A stretch of DNA of 64,000 bases from Candidatus Doudnabacteria bacterium (GTDB lineage Bacteria > Patescibacteriota > Doudnabacteria > UBA920). Within the stretch, counting starts at the first letter, position 1. Each line of letters opens with the position of its first letter. Of this stretch, positions 59,817-64,000 are shown in pieces. The position numbers and the translations under genes are program-made. Below the pieces are notes generated by a model. The model worked only from the letters and a program-made list of their open reading frames with translations, had not been told where the DNA came from and searched no databases. The stretch is taken from the NCBI GenBank assembly GCA_041389225.1, contig JAWKSI010000001.1:51821-115820 (forward strand), given 5' to 3'.

Positions 59817-61091
59817 ATGACTAGACGAAAAGGAATCTCTATTCAACCTCTCAACTTTAAGAAACTCATTCTTAAAAAATTAAAACTTTACTGGTTTATG
59901 TTCCAGTATTTCGGGAAAAAGCTTGTGCACTCACTTCGTGCAAAGTACCCAAAAATCTCACAATTATATACTCAACAATTCCCAGCAACTTCTGTAAACA
60001 AAAAGTTAGATGTTTGGGATTTGGGACTAAGCTTCTCCAGCGAGTTAATAGTCGCCGGCGTAGTAGTTGTTGTTGGATTAATTAACTTAGTAGTTTTTAA
60101 TCCTCTTAAAGCAGAATACATTCATAATGATTCAAGCTTTGCCGCTCAACTATTACAACGACACAGTGAATATAATCCTCAATTGGCTGTTGCACAAAAT
60201 ACGATTAGCACTGTAATCGAAGACCACGGCGGGCTATTCGCGAACGCATATGCGAGCGAAAATAATGTATTAAGTAGCACAGACAGCATCTCAGCATTAC
60301 AAGAAAATAGTATTATTGATGATTCTGGAATAACTAAGCCTAATCCTGACAATATTCAACGACTAGTCTCTGACCAAGTTGTAATCTACGAAACAAAGCC
60401 ATTTGATACAGTTTATACTGTTGCTTCACAATTTGGACTTTCGACTCAAACAATCAGAGACAGTAATGGTTTACCTAATAATGCTTTATTAGCTGGCTGG
60501 CAATTATTAATTCCCCCTGTCGATGGTGTGGTTGTCCAAATCAAAGACGAAGAATTAACTTTAGCGCAACTTGCTAAAGACTACCAAGCTGATATCAATC
60601 AAATTATTTCTTATAACGGTCTAACTGGCCCTGATGATATGGTTGCAATGGATGACTACTTAATTATCCCTGGTGGAGAATTACCAGAAGCATCTATTCC
60701 TGCACCATCTTCTGTTGTTCAACAGCAAAGTCAAACTGCAGTTTCATCTTACAAACCATCTGCACCAACTGCTTCACTCAAACGCAACAACCGCTTCGCA
60801 GCTGGTCACTGTACTGACTACGTTGCCCGTAAAGTAAAAGTTACCTGGAGAGGAAACGCCAACCAATGGCCAAGCAATGCTCGCGCCCAAGGTTACACTG
60901 TCGACCGTAATCCGGTTGCTGGCGCGATCCTAGTAACCAACGAAAGTTGGTGGGGTCACGTTTCTTACATCGAAAAAGTTGTTGGCAGTAAAGTATACAT
61001 CAGTGAATGGAACTACGCTGGACTCTTTAATACAACTCACCGCGTAATCGACATTTCTGATCGCAGAGTCAAAGCTGTAATTCACCCATAA
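59817..61091 (+). CDS. LysM + CHAP domain peptidoglycan hydrolase
   Basis: TM, two LysM-like repeats, GHCTDYV, GNANQW, WGHVSYIE, SEWNY. Confidence 0.9.
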   Translation: MTRRKGISIQPLNFKKLILKKLKLYWFMFQYFGKKLVHSLRAKYPKISQLYTQQFPATSVNKKLDVWDLGLSFSSELIVAGVVVVVGLINLVVFNPLKAEYIHNDSSFAAQLLQRHSEYNPQLAVAQNTISTVIEDHGGLFANAYASENNVLSSTDSISALQENSIIDDSGITKPNPDNIQRLVSDQVVIYETKPFDTVYTVASQFGLSTQTIRDSNGLPNNALLAGWQLLIPPVDGVVVQIKDEELTLAQLAKDYQADINQIISYNGLTGPDDMVAMDDYLIIPGGELPEASIPAPSSVVQQQSQTAVSSYKPSAPTASLKRNNRFAAGHCTDYVARKVKVTWRGNANQWPSNARAQGYTVDRNPVAGAILVTNESWWGHVSYIEKVVGSKVYISEWNYAGLFNTTHRVIDISDRRVKAVIHP

Positions 61092-61104
61092 AACTTAATA
61101 TTTT

Positions 61105-61133
61105 AAAACCGCACAAATCTTGTGCGGTTTTTT
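61105..61133 (+). terminator. intrinsic terminator
   Basis: AAAACCGCACAA-ATC-TTGTGCGGTTTTTT. Confidence 0.8.
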
Positions 61134-61168
61134 GATATAATATAACTAAGAAAATTAATCATAATTTT

Positions 61169-61558
61169 ATGATCGCAGACAATACAATTTATCTAGCGCA
61201 ATTAATAGCACCGGCTATGATTGCAATTGGAATTGGTATCCTTACTCACCAGGAGTTTTATATCAAAACCTTTAAACATCTTAAAGAAGAAACTTTAGCA
61301 ATGTACATCGGCGGAATCGTCGCAATGGTAGTAGGAACAGCAATTTTACTAAACCATAATTCTTGGGATAACTTAGCCTCAGCTTTAATTACCTTGATTG
61401 GCGTTGGCGCTTTACTTAAAGGTGCAATCCTTTCAACCTTACCAAGATTACTAGAAAGTAGTTTTAGTAAACTCATTACTCCTTCAATTTTGCCTTTAGT
61501 TGGTTCTGTTTACCTAATCGTAGGTTTATACCTTGGTTGGGTTGGATATATTAACTAG
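61169..61558 (+). CDS. four-TM hypothetical membrane protein
   Basis: Hydrophobic; HNSW...ITLIG...LKG. Confidence 0.75.
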   Translation: MIADNTIYLAQLIAPAMIAIGIGILTHQEFYIKTFKHLKEETLAMYIGGIVAMVVGTAILLNHNSWDNLASALITLIGVGALLKGAILSTLPRLLESSFSKLITPSILPLVGSVYLIVGLYLGWVGYIN

Positions 61559-61566
61559 TTTTGCTA

Positions 61567-61604
61567 AAACAAAAAACCGCCTAGGCTTTGGCGGTTTTTT
61601 GTTT
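61567..61604. terminator. bidirectional terminator
   Basis: AAACAAAAAACCGCC-loop-GGCGGTTTTTTGTTT between convergent genes. Confidence 0.8.
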
Positions 61605-61625
61605 ATTCAATTTATTACTCTAATT

Positions 61626-63452
61626 CTAATTCTGAACGCGGCCAGAATTTTCAGCATTGATCAGATTTCCCGTAGTCAACTTCTGTCCTTTTGCCAAAAC
61701 GCTTGCGCCGGTAAAATCGTCAGTTGCGACAAACTCGATATCTTTGAGCAGTTCTACATCTTGACCTAACTGAGTCGCTGTGGGTGTAATCGTAACTAAC
61801 ATAGATAATTTACGAGAAGCTTTATCTCCCCCAGCGTGAGCAACTAATTGCCCAAAGTTCCAAGTAATCTTGCCTGTCGATTTATCGAAGGAAACAAAGT
61901 TCTTTTCGTTATTAGAAAAAGTTGCCGTATCCAAGTTAACACCTGTTGGCACGTAAGCTACCAAAACACCGTCCGCCATTTGGTTACTACTATTAGACAA
62001 CGATAATTCCAAATTAAAGGCGCTGCTCTGACCGACAACCGGCGGCAATGCACCAGCAGAATGTTCTGCAGTACCCACCACCCCAACTGGACTCGAAACT
62101 TTAATGCGGTTCTCTGGCCCAGGAATAAATGTTGAGTTTTCGTTAGATTTAACTTTAGCTGTTAGTTTAATTTCCAAATTAGTCTCATTGGTTGTTGTTG
62201 CTGGATTCTTAAGTTTAAAACTATAGCGCAAAGTACCACTGCTTCCTGCATTAACAGTTTCTAATGCACGAACTCCAGCCGCATCCCACCTAATAGTTCC
62301 ATCACTGACAAAACCAGATTCTGAGCGGAGTGAACTTAGCTCAACACAACCACAATCTACTTCGGCAATAATCTGCAAACCTGTATTGGCAATATCTGTA
62401 TTGTTTTCATACTTCAACTCGACTGTAACAGATTGGCCTGGGTCGACAACTCCACCAGATGAACTTCCGCTCAACTTCTGTTCAATATTAAGTGGTCGAG
62501 ATTGAATCACTGTAATAAAGCTGTGACTTGATTGAGTATAAAAATCACCCTGGTTATCAAGCACTAGGAATTCTGCGATAAACTCCGCATTTTGACCGGA
62601 ATTTGCTGACTTAAAGGTTCCAGTAAATTCAATTTCTCCAGTCTCATCTGGATCCAAAACACCCAAATTCCATATATTTTTGCCCAAAGATGGTTCAGGT
62701 CGGCCTTTAACAAATTCAAATCCTTCAGGATATACCACTTCGATGCGGCCTTGATCGATTTCTTTTTTAGAGCTATTTCGATAGTTGATCTTATAGCTTA
62801 CAGTGTCACCGCTTGAAGCAATTTCTGGACCGCTCAAGTCTATCAATACATCGGACGCCACCAATCTAACTTGATGTGACTGTTCCAAAGTAAAGCCAGA
62901 ACTAAAATTATCATAACTGTAATGTAATCTCGCGACCAATCTCTTACTGTCATTAACATCACCTTGCGCTAAAGTCTTAACAATCACTACAGCATTTTGG
63001 CCAGTTGCCAAATCTGGAACAGCAAAAGCCGAACCAGACAAATTATCTGCTTTTGGAGTACTACTAATATATGCCAAGCCTTCATCATAAACTAACTCCA
63101 AATTCATATCTACCAATCTACTGGAATCCTGGTTTGTGATCTTAACTTTATAAATCACTTCACCACCAGCCGAAACTGTACTAGGCGCATCAATATCGAT
63201 TGTTACATTTGCCTCTTTGGTTGGCTCTTGTTTTTGCGGCCAGAAAGCAATCGCAGCCAAAACTGCGATGATTATTACACCAACAATACTCGCCACCAAA
63301 TACCATTTATTTTCGGCAGCAAAGTTTTTGATCTTTTCCGAAAATGTAGTGGTTTGCAAATCAGGGGCTAACGGGATTTCGGGAAACTCAGGTGGAGCTG
63401 CTTGTGGCTCGGACTCTGGCCCCTTTACTGGTTGTGGAGAAAAATCTGTCAT
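61626..63452 (-). CDS. membrane-anchored protein with tandem Ig-like (DUF11-like) domains
   Basis: One TM; repeated G..V.Y.I.Y.N and W.LG.L...G patterns. Confidence 0.75.
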   Translation of the reverse strand: MTDFSPQPVKGPESEPQAAPPEFPEIPLAPDLQTTTFSEKIKNFAAENKWYLVASIVGVIIIAVLAAIAFWPQKQEPTKEANVTIDIDAPSTVSAGGEVIYKVKITNQDSSRLVDMNLELVYDEGLAYISSTPKADNLSGSAFAVPDLATGQNAVVIVKTLAQGDVNDSKRLVARLHYSYDNFSSGFTLEQSHQVRLVASDVLIDLSGPEIASSGDTVSYKINYRNSSKKEIDQGRIEVVYPEGFEFVKGRPEPSLGKNIWNLGVLDPDETGEIEFTGTFKSANSGQNAEFIAEFLVLDNQGDFYTQSSHSFITVIQSRPLNIEQKLSGSSSGGVVDPGQSVTVELKYENNTDIANTGLQIIAEVDCGCVELSSLRSESGFVSDGTIRWDAAGVRALETVNAGSSGTLRYSFKLKNPATTTNETNLEIKLTAKVKSNENSTFIPGPENRIKVSSPVGVVGTAEHSAGALPPVVGQSSAFNLELSLSNSSNQMADGVLVAYVPTGVNLDTATFSNNEKNFVSFDKSTGKITWNFGQLVAHAGGDKASRKLSMLVTITPTATQLGQDVELLKDIEFVATDDFTGASVLAKGQKLTTGNLINAENSGRVQN

Positions 63453-63474
63453 AATTATATTTATTATAACATTT

Positions 63475-64000
63475 TTATGTTAAGAAATATTCTCCAGCAA
63501 TAAATTTTCTCTCCAATTGATAGTTTACAAAGCCCAATATCGCTGTCAGTAATTCTTGATTATCCAAAACATTTATCACCATTGGTTGTTTGGATAGCTT
63601 TAAATATTCTTTATATGCTTCTGTAGGCAAAGCAATATCTGAGACACTTCTTCTTTGGATCGCAAAGCCACCTTCTTGATTACTCAAAAAAACTTCTTTA
63701 GGCTCTTCCAAAATAACCAGATTTGATTCTGGATTAAGCCCAATAGCCAATAAAGCTAAGCTGTAAAATTGCACGACCAAAGCTTGGCCTTGTGAAAAAT
63801 CTAAATCTTGGTGATTATTCAAAAGTTTATAAAATTCTAAAACCAAATTAAATAACTGAGTATTTACTTGCTCATCCGGCAAAGCGCGGTATAAAAATTC
63901 TTGAACCACAGATACTAACCGCATCCCTATCTCGGTTTGCAAAACTCCAGCATAACTCTCTAGTACTTGGGAAGAAATAACATTTTGCAATTCGCCTTTT
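63475..64000 (-). CDS. recO: DNA repair protein RecO (N-terminus outside window)
   Basis: VISSQVLESY, EFLYRALPDEQVNTQLF, LAIGLNP, EGG, VNYQLER pattern. Confidence 0.65.
   Translation of the reverse strand, partial: KGELQNVISSQVLESYAGVLQTEIGMRLVSVVQEFLYRALPDEQVNTQLFNLVLEFYKLLNNHQDLDFSQGQALVVQFYSLALLAIGLNPESNLVILEEPKEVFLSNQEGGFAIQRRSVSDIALPTEAYKEYLKLSKQPMVINVLDNQELLTAILGFVNYQLERKFIAGEYFLT

Overview
AT-rich bacterial chromosome segment with a Patescibacteria (CPR)-like gene complement (inferred; standard code 11). Housekeeping genes: gatC, lemA-htpX, recX, clpC/B with a CIRCE-like operator, comF, recG, radA, rsmA, pcrA/uvrD, recO, an ECF sigma/anti-sigma pair, a FIST-Cache-histidine kinase-response regulator cluster and a VirB4/PrgI/VirB6-like locus. 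A ~17.2 kb island (11962-29147) is inserted at the 3' end of tRNA-Ser(GCT), bounded by a 14/15-bp repeat. It carries a PIN toxin, a large serine recombinase, a type I R-M operon with NYN, TIR and TIR-associated membrane cargo, phage-type methylases, and a GreA-like / CMPK2-like kinase / radical SAM operon facing a CYTH gene. Three observations stand out. (1) The radical SAM enzyme appears circularly permuted, with its cluster-binding Cys loop at the C-terminus, and is coupled to a CMPK2-like kinase, a viperin-like arrangement in a defence island. (2) A ~145-nt covarying structured element occurs twice, each time directly before a duplicated tRNA-Ser 3' end. (3) A strong promoter points a short hairpin RNA antisense into the 3' end of the NYN gene. 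Many island genes are broken by 1-2 bp indels, probably in part long-read errors. All family assignments are by eye, without database searches.
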